Of a stretch of 64,000 bases of DNA, positions 39,751 to 50,307 are shown in pieces (within the stretch, counting starts at the first letter, position 1; every line of letters starts with the position of its first letter). Source of the DNA: Spirochaetia bacterium (GTDB lineage: Bacteria; Spirochaetota; Spirochaetia; SZUA-6; Bin103); the NCBI GenBank assembly GCA_965199955.1, contig CBDATQ010000001.1:1888001-1952000 (forward strand), given 5' to 3'. The position numbers and the translations under genes were made by a program. Below the pieces are notes generated by a model. It saw only the letters and a program-made list of their open reading frames with translations, searched no databases and was not told the DNA's origin.

Positions 39751-40551
39751 ATGAACGAGAGTGAACGCCACGAGGTACGTGCTGGAGGTACCTCGGTGAC
39801 GCCGGTCAGCCCAGACTGGTTCGGCGGCAGGAACTCCGCCGTCAGCCTGACGTTCGACGACGGCATGGACAGCCATCTGGATGCCGCCGTTCCGGCGCTC
39901 GACGCCCGGGGTTTGGCCGGCACCTTCTACGTCAAGACCGACGATGCCGCCCGGCTGCAGCGCTTCCGAGAGCCGCAGCGGCGCGGTCACGAGATCGGCA
40001 ACCACACCGTCCATCACTGGTGCAGCCGCTCCCACCGCTCGGAAGCCGATGCCTGGGGGCTCGAGGACCTGACGCTGGAGGACATGGCGACCGAGCTGGA
40101 GGAGTCGGACCGTCGCCTGCGCGCGGCCTTTCCCGATTTCCAGTCCTTCAGCTTCTGCTACCCGTGCTACGACACGTTCGTCGGTCAAGGAGCGACCCGA
40201 CGCAGCTATGTGCCGCTTGTTGCCGGGCGCTTCACGGCTGCCCGTGGCGGCAGCGAGAACTCCACGCCCTACAACTCTCCCGTTCATGCGGACCTGTGGT
40301 GTCTGCGGTCGGTGCGGTGCGAATATATGAGCGCCGATCAGTTGATAGCCGCGGTCGAGCGGGGGCGGGAGCTGGAGATGTGGACTATCCTGACCTTTCA
40401 CGGTGTGGACGAGGGACACCTCCCGGTGACCGGAGACGACTTCGGCGCACTGCTCGATCACCTGGCCCGCCGCAACGATGAGCTATGGGTGGCCCCGCTG
40501 ATTCAGGTGGCCCAGAGTGTCGCCGCCATTCGGGAGGGGACTCGCGAATAG
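39751..40551 (+). CDS. Polysaccharide deacetylase (CE4/NodB domain)
   Basis: SLTFDDG, HEIGNHT, FCYPC, LTFHG. Confidence 0.88.
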   Translation: MNESERHEVRAGGTSVTPVSPDWFGGRNSAVSLTFDDGMDSHLDAAVPALDARGLAGTFYVKTDDAARLQRFREPQRRGHEIGNHTVHHWCSRSHRSEADAWGLEDLTLEDMATELEESDRRLRAAFPDFQSFSFCYPCYDTFVGQGATRRSYVPLVAGRFTAARGGSENSTPYNSPVHADLWCLRSVRCEYMSADQLIAAVERGRELEMWTILTFHGVDEGHLPVTGDDFGALLDHLARRNDELWVAPLIQVAQSVAAIREGTRE

Positions 40552-40578
40552 GTCGCGCGAACGGAACAAGCGGCGCGA

Positions 40579-43134
40579 TCAGTGCTCGTGGTGCTCGGCG
40601 TGGTCGTGCAGCGGCACGTGGTCGTGGAAGACGCCGTGGCGGTGCATGGTCTGGTGCAGGCGGTTCCAGGCACCTTCCAGGGTGGCGCGGAGCTGCCGGT
40701 AACGCTCTGCATCGGGGCGTGGGGCGATGGTGTCGACGTAGGCCATGGCGCCCTCGATCTGGTCCAGGATCAACCCGGCGTCGTGGGCGGAGAACGGCCG
40801 CGCGCCGTCCACCCGAACCTGCACGGCGCTGGTGTGGGCTGCGATGTCCGAGGCCCGGCCTCGGTAACTGCCGCGTACCCGCAGCGCGATCCAGGTGGAG
40901 CCGTCCGCGCGTACCGTGGTGCTGCCCGCTGCCGCAAGCTGCCCGGCGCCGTCGGACTCCTCGACTATGACCCCGCCGCAGATCAGCTCGACCGTGGAGA
41001 TCGGCACCGCCACCGACTCGACCCGCCACTCGACGGAGACGCTGCCGCCGCCGGCTGGCAGGTTCACGATGCCGCCGGGCGAAGCGCCCTCGACCGTGAT
41101 CTGTGCCAATGGGCCCACCGTCACGAAGGTGTTGCCGGCCTTGATGGCCGCCATCCAGCTGTCGTAGGTGAACTCGCGCTCGCCGAGCTGCGTGTAGGTG
41201 CGCACGCCGCCGAGTTGCGAGGCCGCGGCCATCTTGTCCGAGCCGCCCACCACGGGCAGCCGGTAGCCCAGGTTTAGGTAGCGGTACCAGTCGGCGATGC
41301 CGTACGGATTGATCTGACCCTCGCAGGGGTTGAAGGACATCATCTCCATCGCGTCGATCATCCCCAGGACGATGTCGGCGGCGCGCTCGCACTGCGGGTT
41401 GGGGCCGTGCGGCATCACCACCACGCCGCCCTGCTCGATGCAGCGCGCGGCCCAGTCCGCCATGGTGACCTCCTGCGGATCGCCGATCGCGGACTCCGAC
41501 GGTCCGCCCGTGCACAGCGGATGGATCATCGGCCCGGAGTAGCCCAGGAGCGAGATGTGGCCCAGCACCTGCATGCGGTTCTCGGTGCCGACCCGCACCA
41601 GGAACTCGCCGGCGCCGCCGAAGTCGCCCGCGCCCAGGGTGGTGGCGCCGTCGAAGTCGCTGACGTTGCTGAACATCTCCCCCCACTGGCTGGCCAGCAG
41701 GTTGACGACGTTGACGCCCTCGGCAGCCCCCTCCAGGAGCGCGGTCTGCGGGTTCAGGAAGTGCACGTGGGTGTCGGCGGTGACCCAGCCGCGCTCGCGC
41801 CAGCGCAGCACCCGGTCGAGCTCGAACGTCAGCTCGTCAGTGTCCGGGGCGACGGTCACGCGCGTCCGCAGCGGGCGCACCTCGTAGCCGCGGGCGACCT
41901 CCACGTAGACGTCGCCGAGCGGCAGGTCGGCCACGCACTCGCCGGGGATGTAGGCATACTGGTTGGCGCCGTTGACGAACTCGCCGTAGTTGTCCTCGAA
42001 CCAGTTGCCATTGACGGTGCGGTGGTTGCCCTTCGGGGGCAGGTACTCGCCGGCAGCGCCGTGCAGGTGCAGGCGCACGGCGACCGGTTGCGACGAGCCG
42101 CGTTCCACGACACGGATCTTCACCGGCCGCTCCGCCGCCGCCACCGCGGCGGGGCCGGCTTCCAGCTCGCGCAGCGGGTAGGCCCGGCCGCCGGCCAGGA
42201 GCTTGGCGTTCGGGTGCGCGGCGTACTCCACCAGCGCGCGGGTCGCGGAGATGGCGGGTTGCACGTCCGGGGCGGTCGCACCGTCGCCGTCGGTCCACCC
42301 GGCATGGTCGTAGTCCAGCGCAGGACGCGCGGAGATGATGGTGCCGAGGTCCAGCTCCAGGCCGGCAAGCTGGCGGTCGGCTCCGAAGGCGGCTCCCGGG
42401 GGCAGATCAAGCCGCAGCTTGCGCCGCGTCCCGGGACGCAGCGGATGGTCGGTCAGGTCGGTGGCGGCGATGCCGTACACCGCGCAGCGCTCGGCGCCGG
42501 GGCGCAGCTCGATCGCGTCGATGGCCCGGTCGGGGTGGGGGTTGGGCAATGCGTACAGCCACGCCAGGTCCTGTCCGCCGTCGCGGCCGGAGCCGTGCCG
42601 GGTCTCGCCGCGGCCGTAGCCGACGGTGGTGACCCTTCCGGCCGCCTGGTCCTCCGCGGCGGAGGCGGTCACTCGATCGGCGTGCATCGGGACGGCAGCG
42701 AACGGACTGGCCCCCCAGCCGATGCGCGCCTGCTGGATGGCGAAGCGGCGCCGGATCGGATGCACGTGCTCGGAGCCGTCGGCGTAGCGCAGCACGTAGT
42801 CGGCGACGTGGTCGCCCAGCTCGTTGCCGTCAAGGCCGTGGTCCGCGAAGCCGGTCAGGTAATTGGAGGCGCGATCCTCGACCTGGTGCAGGAAGACCAG
42901 GTAGCGGGCGGGCCGTCCGCCCGCCGACACGGTGACCGGAGAGCCGGCGACCAGCACGGCGTTGGGACCGCCGGCAGAGCCCAGGTCGAACGGCACGCCA
43001 CGGAACGCCTGACTCCCGAACGATGTGGCAAGGTCCGACGGCGGCGCCAGCGGTTCCGGAAGGGCGTTGCGGTCGGCGTTGTACGCGCCGGCCAGAGACA
43101 GCGGGGCAAAGAGATCGGATGCGGGCGTGGCCAT
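40579..43134 (-). CDS. CehA/McbA family (PHP-like) metallohydrolase
   Basis: VARGYE, GWVTADTHVHF, GHISLLG, WYRYLNLG..GGSD, GNTFVTVGP. Confidence 0.8.
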   Translation of the reverse strand: MATPASDLFAPLSLAGAYNADRNALPEPLAPPSDLATSFGSQAFRGVPFDLGSAGGPNAVLVAGSPVTVSAGGRPARYLVFLHQVEDRASNYLTGFADHGLDGNELGDHVADYVLRYADGSEHVHPIRRRFAIQQARIGWGASPFAAVPMHADRVTASAAEDQAAGRVTTVGYGRGETRHGSGRDGGQDLAWLYALPNPHPDRAIDAIELRPGAERCAVYGIAATDLTDHPLRPGTRRKLRLDLPPGAAFGADRQLAGLELDLGTIISARPALDYDHAGWTDGDGATAPDVQPAISATRALVEYAAHPNAKLLAGGRAYPLRELEAGPAAVAAAERPVKIRVVERGSSQPVAVRLHLHGAAGEYLPPKGNHRTVNGNWFEDNYGEFVNGANQYAYIPGECVADLPLGDVYVEVARGYEVRPLRTRVTVAPDTDELTFELDRVLRWRERGWVTADTHVHFLNPQTALLEGAAEGVNVVNLLASQWGEMFSNVSDFDGATTLGAGDFGGAGEFLVRVGTENRMQVLGHISLLGYSGPMIHPLCTGGPSESAIGDPQEVTMADWAARCIEQGGVVVMPHGPNPQCERAADIVLGMIDAMEMMSFNPCEGQINPYGIADWYRYLNLGYRLPVVGGSDKMAAASQLGGVRTYTQLGEREFTYDSWMAAIKAGNTFVTVGPLAQITVEGASPGGIVNLPAGGGSVSVEWRVESVAVPISTVELICGGVIVEESDGAGQLAAAGSTTVRADGSTWIALRVRGSYRGRASDIAAHTSAVQVRVDGARPFSAHDAGLILDQIEGAMAYVDTIAPRPDAERYRQLRATLEGAWNRLHQTMHRHGVFHDHVPLHDHAEHHEH

Positions 43135-43417
43135 GGCCGATCATACTCGGGCCGGTGCCGTTGCGACAGCGGATCGAACGAGGGTCAGGTCGGGATGTTC
43201 GTGCAGCGAACGGCACCGTGCCGACCCACAAGCCGTGCTACATTGGAAGGGTCCACAGGTTTGACCCTCCCCGCTGACGACAAGCGTGCCGACGCGCTGC
43301 GGAGCCGACTGGGCGCCGAGCTGTAAGAAATCGGCTACGGCAGATCCTCAACCAGGCTCACGCGGAGACCTCGTCCTGAATCGGCCCCCTGCGTGTCTCC
43401 CGATAGCAGCGCTCCGG

Positions 43418-43978
43418 TCAGGCATCGGTGCCCGACATAGATCGGCGTTTGTTCTCGATGGCCGCCTTGACGGCAGTGTACGAGCGCGTGGTGATGAGGC
43501 CCCTGTGATGTTCGACCTTGGCTTCGAATCCGGTGAGTTCATCGCCCGTGAACGACAGTCTCGGCATGAACTCCACCCAGTTGGCCAATTCGATCTCGAT
43601 GAGGTCGCGCAGCTCGTCCTGGGTGACCGGCGCGGCCTCTTCATGAACGCGATTCCAGAGCGTGGCAGCGTCCTTTCCCACCGCTTCGAAGAATTCACTT
43701 CGATTCGAAACGCAGAAAAGGAATGCCAGCCGTTCGGCGCGCTCGCCGATTACTGCACGGATGCGTTGACGGTCTTCGAGGGAAGCGGACTGCGTCAAGT
43801 ACGCCTGCGTGCCGTAGATGCTGTGAAACAACCCGCCGATACAGACCGCCGGATCGTTGCCCCACGCCTGTAGGAGGTCATGCGTTTCGCGCAGGTGATC
43901 CAACAGGGCTCCGCCGCTGTGGGGGTTCTTGTCGGTGTCCAGCTCGAGCAGGAAGTCGAGGTGCTTCTGTTGAATCAT
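43418..43978 (-). CDS. DUF6817-like (HD-fold) protein
   Basis: PHSGGALLDHL..T..LL.AWG, GLFHSIYGT, IGERAERLAFLFC. Confidence 0.75.
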   Translation of the reverse strand: MIQQKHLDFLLELDTDKNPHSGGALLDHLRETHDLLQAWGNDPAVCIGGLFHSIYGTQAYLTQSASLEDRQRIRAVIGERAERLAFLFCVSNRSEFFEAVGKDAATLWNRVHEEAAPVTQDELRDLIEIELANWVEFMPRLSFTGDELTGFEAKVEHHRGLITTRSYTAVKAAIENKRRSMSGTDA

Positions 43979-44022
43979 GTTCCATCCGATCCTTAAGCCA
44001 TGCAGGCTATCATGGAGCGAAC

Positions 44023-44430
44023 ATGACGATCAACAGAGCGGATGCGTCGGACGCGGAGGAGCTGGTTGCGCTCAACCGGCAGCTCATCGAGGATGAGCGA
44101 CATCCCAATCCAATGACGCGGGCCGAGCTCGCCGAGCGAATGATCACGTGGATGGAGAAGGGATACACGTGTTATGTCGCGCGATGTGGCGACGTGACCG
44201 CCGGCTACTGCCTCTTCCGTGACGACGGCCAGCACTACAATCTGCGCCAGCTCTTCGTGGCTCGCGGCCAGCGCCGGCGCGGGATCGCCACGGCGCTGAT
44301 GGACTGGATGTATGCGAATGTCTGGTCCGGGAAGCCGGTGCGGCTCGACGTGTTCGCCCACAACGAGGAGGCGGTCGCCTTCTATCGAGGATACGGGTTC
44401 CGTGTCGCGGTCCTCCGCATGGAGAAATGA
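44023..44430 (+). CDS. GNAT N-acetyltransferase
   Basis: QLFV...RRRGIATALM, N..AVAFYRGYGF. Confidence 0.88.
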   Translation: MTINRADASDAEELVALNRQLIEDERHPNPMTRAELAERMITWMEKGYTCYVARCGDVTAGYCLFRDDGQHYNLRQLFVARGQRRRGIATALMDWMYANVWSGKPVRLDVFAHNEEAVAFYRGYGFRVAVLRMEK

Positions 44431-44440
44431 CAGTGCGTCC

Positions 44441-44752
44441 GGAGGACTGTCGGCGCGGTTCGAGGACCGTAGGTTTGCGCTGGCGTTCGCGCGGATTGTG
44501 ACGCATTACGTGCGGCACTACGCATGGCTGGAAGACGGTTTCCTGTTGCGCGGAGCCGGGGCGCTACGGGACACTCCCGGGATACTGGTGAACGGCCGCT
44601 TCGACTTTCAGGCGCCGATCACCAACGCGTGGGAACTCAGACGCGCGTGGCCACGCGCCGAGCTCGTGATCGTGGACGACGCCGGACACGCCGACGCGGC
44701 GATCACCCTCGAGCTGAATCGCGCTACCGAGCGGTTCTCCGGGTCGCGGTAG
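44441..44752 (+). pseudogene. pip: C-terminal remnant of prolyl aminopeptidase
   Basis: FALAFARIVTHY, GILVNGRFD..AP..NAWEL..AWP, DAGH; nucleophile region absent. Confidence 0.8.
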
Positions 44753-44761
44753 CGCGCATCG

Positions 44762-45164
44762 TCAGGCCGGCCGGCGCCACAGCAGCGGGTTCTGGCTGTC
44801 GTCGTCGAGCGGATCGCCGACCTTCAGGGCTGCCACCTGGGCGTCGGAGAGGACGTTCTGGATGCCGTTGAACACCGAGCCGTCCGGCATGTAGCCGGCG
44901 GTCATGGCACGCCGCCAGTTCGGGGTCATGTTGGGGCCGGCGCCGTGCGCCAGCAGTCCGTTGTGGAAGCCGGCGTCGCCCGGCTCCATCTCGCCCGGGA
45001 CCGGCATGACGTCTCGGAAGCGGGGGAAGTGCTCGAAATAGTCCCCGATCTCTTCACCGACGCGTCGATCCGCCACAGGTTGATGCGCTGCGGAAGACGC
45101 GTACGACGAGGTAGCCGTTGTCGCGATAGGAAGTGATCTGCTCATCGGTCAGTCGAGTGTTCAT
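44762..45164 (-). pseudogene. Internally deleted PhyH-family dioxygenase
   Basis: N-terminus MNTRLTDEQITSYRDNGYLV joined out of frame to C-terminal FHNGLLAHGAGPNMT..RRAM; the HxD region is missing. Confidence 0.82.
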
Positions 45165-45183
45165 GCGTTGATTCCGTCCCTCA

Positions 45184-46491
45184 TTACAGGTAGCGGTTGA
45201 AGAGATGCTCCAGCATCTCCTGTCGTCCGCTCGCGTTGGGAGCGATCTCGCCCTTCTCCAGCATGTAGGATTCAAGTGAGGCGAAGTCCGCATCTCCCGA
45301 CTCGATGCGGGCGCCGATGCCGGAGTCCCAGCTCGCGTAGCGCTCCTGGACGAACGACCGCAGCTCCCCGTCGGCGCGGATGGCCGCGGCGATCTTCAGC
45401 CCGCGCGCGAACGCGTCCATGCCGCCGACGTGGGCGTGGAAGAGGTCGATCGGCTCGAAGCTCTCGCGCCGCACCTTGGCGTCGAAGTTGATCCCGCCGG
45501 GGGCGATGCCGCCATAGTTGAGCAGGATCAGCATGACCTGCGCCGTCAGGTAGAAGCTGGTCGGGAACTGGTCGGTGTCCCAGCCCAGCAGCAGGTCGCC
45601 GGTGTTGGCGTCGATCGAGCCCAGCGACCCCTGGTGCGCGGCGTACTCCAGCTCGTGCACCATCTCGTGGCCGGCAAGCGTCGCGTGGTTCGTCTCGATG
45701 TTGAGCTTGAAGCGCTCGGTCAGGCCGTAGGCGCGCAGGAAGTTGATGCAGGCGGCGTCGGAGTCGTACTGGTGCTTGGTGGGCTCCTTGGGCTTGGGCT
45801 CGACCAGCAGGGTGCCGTCGAAGCCGATGCGGTCGGCGTGGTCGGCCGCCAGGTGCAGGAACCGGCCCAGGTGGTCCAGCTCGCGCTTCATGTCGGTGTT
45901 CAGCAGGCTCTGATAGCCCTCCCGGCCGCCCCAGAACACGTAGCTCTGTCCTCCGAGCTCGCGGGTCACCTCCATGCACTTCTTCACCTGCGAGGCCGCG
46001 AATGCGAACGCGTCGGCGTTGCAGCTCGTGGCGGCGCCGTGCACGTAGCGGGGATGGCTGAACAGGTTGGCGGTGCCCCACAGCAGGCGGATGCCGGTGC
46101 GTTCCTGCTCCGCCTTCAGCGCCTCCACCACCGCGTCCAGGTTGCGGTTGGTCTCGCGCAGGGACGCTCCCTCGGGAGCCACGTCGCGGTCGTGGAAGGC
46201 GTAGTAGGGAGTGCCCAGCTTCGCCATGAACTCGAAGGCGACGTGCACGCGCTCGCGGGCATTGTCGACCGAGTCGCTGCCGTCGTCCCACGGCCGCTGC
46301 AGCGTGGGCGCGCCGAAGGGGTCGGCGCCGGTGGCGCGGAAGGTGTGCCAGTAGACGGTGCTGAACCGCAGGTGCTCGCGCATGGTGCGCCCCTCGATCA
46401 CCTCCGTCTCGTCGTACCAGCGGAACGCCAGGGGGTTCCTGGAGTGGGGACCCTCGTAGGGGATGCGTTCGACGTCGGGGAATCCGTTCAT
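45184..46491 (-). CDS. xylA: Xylose isomerase (class II)
   Basis: [46 protein letters not shown]. Confidence 0.97.
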   Translation of the reverse strand: MNGFPDVERIPYEGPHSRNPLAFRWYDETEVIEGRTMREHLRFSTVYWHTFRATGADPFGAPTLQRPWDDGSDSVDNARERVHVAFEFMAKLGTPYYAFHDRDVAPEGASLRETNRNLDAVVEALKAEQERTGIRLLWGTANLFSHPRYVHGAATSCNADAFAFAASQVKKCMEVTRELGGQSYVFWGGREGYQSLLNTDMKRELDHLGRFLHLAADHADRIGFDGTLLVEPKPKEPTKHQYDSDAACINFLRAYGLTERFKLNIETNHATLAGHEMVHELEYAAHQGSLGSIDANTGDLLLGWDTDQFPTSFYLTAQVMLILLNYGGIAPGGINFDAKVRRESFEPIDLFHAHVGGMDAFARGLKIAAAIRADGELRSFVQERYASWDSGIGARIESGDADFASLESYMLEKGEIAPNASGRQEMLEHLFNRYL

Positions 46492-46583
46492 GACGGGCCA
46501 AACCGTAGCATCTCGCCAACGCGCGGTGCTCGCCAGCGTGGCGAATCCTTGTCATCCCGGCACCGTCGCGGTCCAATGGCGGG

Positions 46584-47381
46584 ATGGACGACCGTCAGAA
46601 ATACCTGTTCGATGTGCGGGGATACCTGGAGCTCGACGACGTGCTGACACGGGATCAGTGCCGGCGGCTCGTCGACGGGATGAAGCGACTCATCGACATG
46701 CCCGGCGACGAGAAGCCGGAAGGAGTGAGCAGCAAGGACGAACCGACCCAGGCGAGCGTCGGCGACCTGACCAGCGCCGGCGCGGAGTTCTGCGCGCTGA
46801 TCGACATCCCGCCCGTCATCGACGTGCTCAAGGTGATCATCCACCACGAGCTGCGGCTGGAGATCAGCTACGGGTACATCCGGCGCAAGGGGTTCCCCGG
46901 CCTGCCGCTGCACGGCGGCGGTGAGTTCGACAGCAACGGGCAGGACCTGACGCTCATGTACCGCCAGTCCAACGGGCGCATCTTCAGCGGCCACACGGTG
47001 GTCGCCTTCAACCTCACCGACGTCGACGAGGAGGAGGGCGGATTCGCCTGCGTCCCCGGCAGCCACAAGGCCAACTTCCCGATCCCGGAGGAGATGAAGA
47101 ACTTCGAGCACGGCGTCGACCGGTCGCTGATCCGTTGCGTCCCCTGCCGGGCCGGCTCCGTGGTGATCTTTACCGAGGCGCTCTGCCATGGCGCCGCGCC
47201 GTGGGACAGCGATCGCGAGCGGGTGACCCTGTTCTACAAATACCACCACGCCGGGATGAAGTTTCACCGCTTCTTCCCCAGCCGCGCCGCGCTGGAGCGG
47301 ATGACGCCGAGCCAGCGCTCCTTCTACATCGAGGTCGCCTCCGACCCGCGCGTCGACCGCGAGTGGTATCCCGGCCGGTAG
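46584..47381 (+). CDS. PhyH-like Fe(II)/2OG enzyme with HxG in place of HxD
   Basis: YLFDVRGYL, LPLHGGG, GGFACVPGSHK, FTEALCHG, R..LFYKY. Confidence 0.85.
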   Translation: MDDRQKYLFDVRGYLELDDVLTRDQCRRLVDGMKRLIDMPGDEKPEGVSSKDEPTQASVGDLTSAGAEFCALIDIPPVIDVLKVIIHHELRLEISYGYIRRKGFPGLPLHGGGEFDSNGQDLTLMYRQSNGRIFSGHTVVAFNLTDVDEEEGGFACVPGSHKANFPIPEEMKNFEHGVDRSLIRCVPCRAGSVVIFTEALCHGAAPWDSDRERVTLFYKYHHAGMKFHRFFPSRAALERMTPSQRSFYIEVASDPRVDREWYPGR

Positions 47382-47524
47382 CGCCCCGAAACCGTCGCCT
47401 GCGGCTCCGTTTTCGGCCCATCCCCACCTTTCGCGTCGGAGTCGGTCGGCCTTCCCGCTGGCGCGGCAAATCCGACAGACTCTTCGCGCCGGCGGCCTGG
47501 GCGACTCGGCTATACTGACCGATC

Positions 47525-48376
47525 ATGGCAACCGTGACGGAGACTCAGGCGAGCACGCCCGCGCCGGACGGGTTGTACCGCTACGACGGTCTGGCGGAGG
47601 GCGTGACGTGGTTCGATTCGGTCACGGAGCGGGAGATCGCCCGCTTTCGCGAGCAGGGCTACCTGGTCGTGCACGAGGCGTTCGCCATAGACCGGGTGCA
47701 GGATGCGCTGGACGGCCTGCTCGACCTCCTGGCCGGCAACAGCCCCACGTTCGACAGCGTGGATTACGAGTCGAGCGTGGACCCGGCGACGCTCGATGGC
47801 ATGGCCGCGGAAGAGCGTCAGGACTATGTGCGCAAGTTCATGTGGTTCGTGGACCATGACGAGCGCCTGCGTGCGCTGTCGGAAGACCTTGCCCTGATGG
47901 GAGTGGTGCGCCGCATCGTCGGCGAGGAGCCGGAGCTGTTCCAGGACATGGCGCTGCTCAAGCCGCCTCGCGTGGGACGGGAGAAGCCGTGGCACCAGGA
48001 CCACGCCTACTTCGACCTGGAGCTGCGGACGCGGGTGGTCGGCGCCTGGATCGCCCTGGACCGGGCGACGACCGGCAACGGCTGCATGCTCGTCAAGCCC
48101 GGATCGCATCTGCAGGGGCCGGTCGTGCACTTCAAGCGCCGCGACTGGCAGATCTGCGATACGCACGTGGACCCGCTCGGGACGCTGGCCGTGCCGCTGG
48201 AGCCGGGCGGCTGCCTGTTCTTCTCCAGCTTCATGCAGCACGGCACCGCCCCGAACACGAGCGACCAGCGGCGCCGCGCGGTGCAGTTCCATTACCGGCC
48301 GGCCGGCGCCGAGCTTGTCAGCCTGGAGGAGCGCATGGCCGTGTTCGGCTCCGAGGGCAAGGACGTGACCTGCTGA
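47525..48376 (+). CDS. PhyH family Fe(II)/2OG dioxygenase
   Basis: PWHQD...H triad, NGCM...PGSH, RRAVQFHY. Confidence 0.9.
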   Translation: MATVTETQASTPAPDGLYRYDGLAEGVTWFDSVTEREIARFREQGYLVVHEAFAIDRVQDALDGLLDLLAGNSPTFDSVDYESSVDPATLDGMAAEERQDYVRKFMWFVDHDERLRALSEDLALMGVVRRIVGEEPELFQDMALLKPPRVGREKPWHQDHAYFDLELRTRVVGAWIALDRATTGNGCMLVKPGSHLQGPVVHFKRRDWQICDTHVDPLGTLAVPLEPGGCLFFSSFMQHGTAPNTSDQRRRAVQFHYRPAGAELVSLEERMAVFGSEGKDVTC

Positions 48377-49136
48377 CAGTCGCCGAACAATGCGCCGTCC
48401 TGATGCGGGCGGTGGAGGAAGTCGTGCCGGAAGACGGACTCGCCCGGCTCCTGCGGCTGGCGCAGGCGGAGCAGAGACCCCTGCGGGTCAAGCTGGGCAT
48501 CGATCCGACTGCATCGGACGTGCACCTCGGCTTCGCCGTGGTCTTGCGGAAGTTGCGGCAGTTCCAGGACCTGGGTCACGTCGCCTGCCTCGTGATCGGC
48601 GACTTCACGGCGACGATCGGCGATCCCTCGGGGCGCTCGAAGACGCGGCCGATCCTGACCCGCGACCAGGTGGTCGAGCACGCAGCTACGAACAGCAGTT
48701 GTACAAGATCCTCGATCGTCGAGCGCACGGAGATCCTCTACTACTCGGACTGGCTCGGCACAATGCGGTTCTCCGACGTGGTCGGGCTCGATTCCCAGAG
48801 AAGATGAGCAAGTCTATCGGCAACTACGTCGGCGTCGACGAGGCCGACCGGGCTGAGGCCGAGTTCACGTCCGTGGTTCGCGAGCCGAACACACCCGACG
48901 ACATGGCGGAAGTCGACGTAACCGGCGATGTCGAGGGTCGGGAGATCCGGATCGTACGGCTGCTGTCCCTCGCCGGATTCTCATCCAGCAATCGAGAGGT
49001 TCGCCAGCTTGTCGAGCAGGGCGCCGTCTCCATCGACGGCGTGCGCGTCGCCGACCCGTCCGCGCAGGTTCGTCCTGCGCATGGCAGCGTCCTGAAGGTC
49101 GGCAAGCGGCGGTTCGCCAGGATTACCCGGACTTAG
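48373..49136 (+). pseudogene. tyrS: Tyrosyl-tRNA synthetase pseudogene (frameshifts and internal deletions)
   Basis: KLGIDPTASDVHLGF (HIGH), GDFT..IGDPSG, frameshifts near 48685-48720, KMSKS, S4 domain ending KVGKRRF. About 760 bp, versus about 1.2 kb for a typical TyrS. Confidence 0.9.
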
Positions 49137-49146
49137 GCGAACGACG

Positions 49147-50307
49147 TCAGTCGAGTGGCGCTGAGTATTCGCCTTCGAGATAGGGGAAGCGCGCTTCCAG
49201 GTCTTCGGCCAACTCCACGCCCCAGCCAGGGCCGTCGGGCAGGAGCAGGTGCCCGTCCTCGATTGCCGGCGGATCGCGCAGGATCCCCCACTGCAGCGGG
49301 CCCTGCACCATGCAGAGCTCCAACACTCGGGGCTTGGGTAGCGCGGCGACGGCGTGGGCGTGGGCGACGCCCATCAGGCCGTTGTGCCAGGAGTGGGGGC
49401 AGATGTCGACCCCGCACCGGTGGGCGCGCTCGACGGTGCGCAGCCACTCGCCGATTCCACAGACCCCCACGTCGGGTTGGGCGATCGCCAGGGCCCCCGC
49501 CTCCAGGTAGGGATCGAACTGCTCCGCCCGGCTGAACACCTCGCCGCCGGTGATCGGCAGATCGACGGCGCGGTTGAGCCGGGCGTAGGTCTCCGGATCG
49601 CGTGGCATCGGCTCCTCGAACCACGTCCACTTCAGTTCGTCCAGTGCTCCGGCGATGGTGTGGGAGTCGGCTTCGTTCAGCCGGCAGTTGCCGTCCAGCA
49701 TCAGCTCCATGCGGCCCTCCACCGCGTCGGTGACGCGGCGCAGCAGGTCGATCATGCGGGCGGCGTCGACTCCCGAGCGGCTCCACTCGGTGCCGACGCG
49801 CATCTTGAACGCCGTGTAGCCGGAGGCGATGTGCGCGAGCGCCTCCTGCACGAGCTGTTCGGGATCGTCCTCCCAGTCGTAGCTGACGCCGCCGGATGCG
49901 TACAGGCGCACGCGCCGCAGCGGCGGGTTGGTGGCGGGGCCGCCCGCGGAGGCGAGCACCTCGCTCACCGGTCGACCGGCGATGCGCGCCCGCAGGTCCC
50001 AGAGGGCGCAGTCGATGCCGGCCAGTGGGATGTCGTCGCGGCGGTCGCCGCCGGTGAGACGGGGCGTGATGTCCGGATCGAGCGGATCGCGGCCGATCAG
50101 GCCCGCCGCCAGCTCGGTGACGCGCTCGCGGATGCGCGACGGAGTGCCGTAGGCGCTGGGCTCGGCGATGCCGCGAACGCCTTCGTCCGTGTCGATGACG
50201 ACGATGGGGCAGTCGGCCTTGACTGCGCGGATCGAGCCGGTGACCCACTGGCGTTCGAGCTCGTGGGCTCGCGAGAGGCAGAGCGTTTCGACAGAGGTGA
50301 TCTTCAT
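49147..50307 (-). CDS. Mandelate racemase / muconate lactonizing family enzyme
   Basis: GIDCALWDL, AFKMR, MLDGN, WFEEP, GGE, QPD, PHSW. Confidence 0.9.
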   Translation of the reverse strand: MKITSVETLCLSRAHELERQWVTGSIRAVKADCPIVVIDTDEGVRGIAEPSAYGTPSRIRERVTELAAGLIGRDPLDPDITPRLTGGDRRDDIPLAGIDCALWDLRARIAGRPVSEVLASAGGPATNPPLRRVRLYASGGVSYDWEDDPEQLVQEALAHIASGYTAFKMRVGTEWSRSGVDAARMIDLLRRVTDAVEGRMELMLDGNCRLNEADSHTIAGALDELKWTWFEEPMPRDPETYARLNRAVDLPITGGEVFSRAEQFDPYLEAGALAIAQPDVGVCGIGEWLRTVERAHRCGVDICPHSWHNGLMGVAHAHAVAALPKPRVLELCMVQGPLQWGILRDPPAIEDGHLLLPDGPGWGVELAEDLEARFPYLEGEYSAPLD

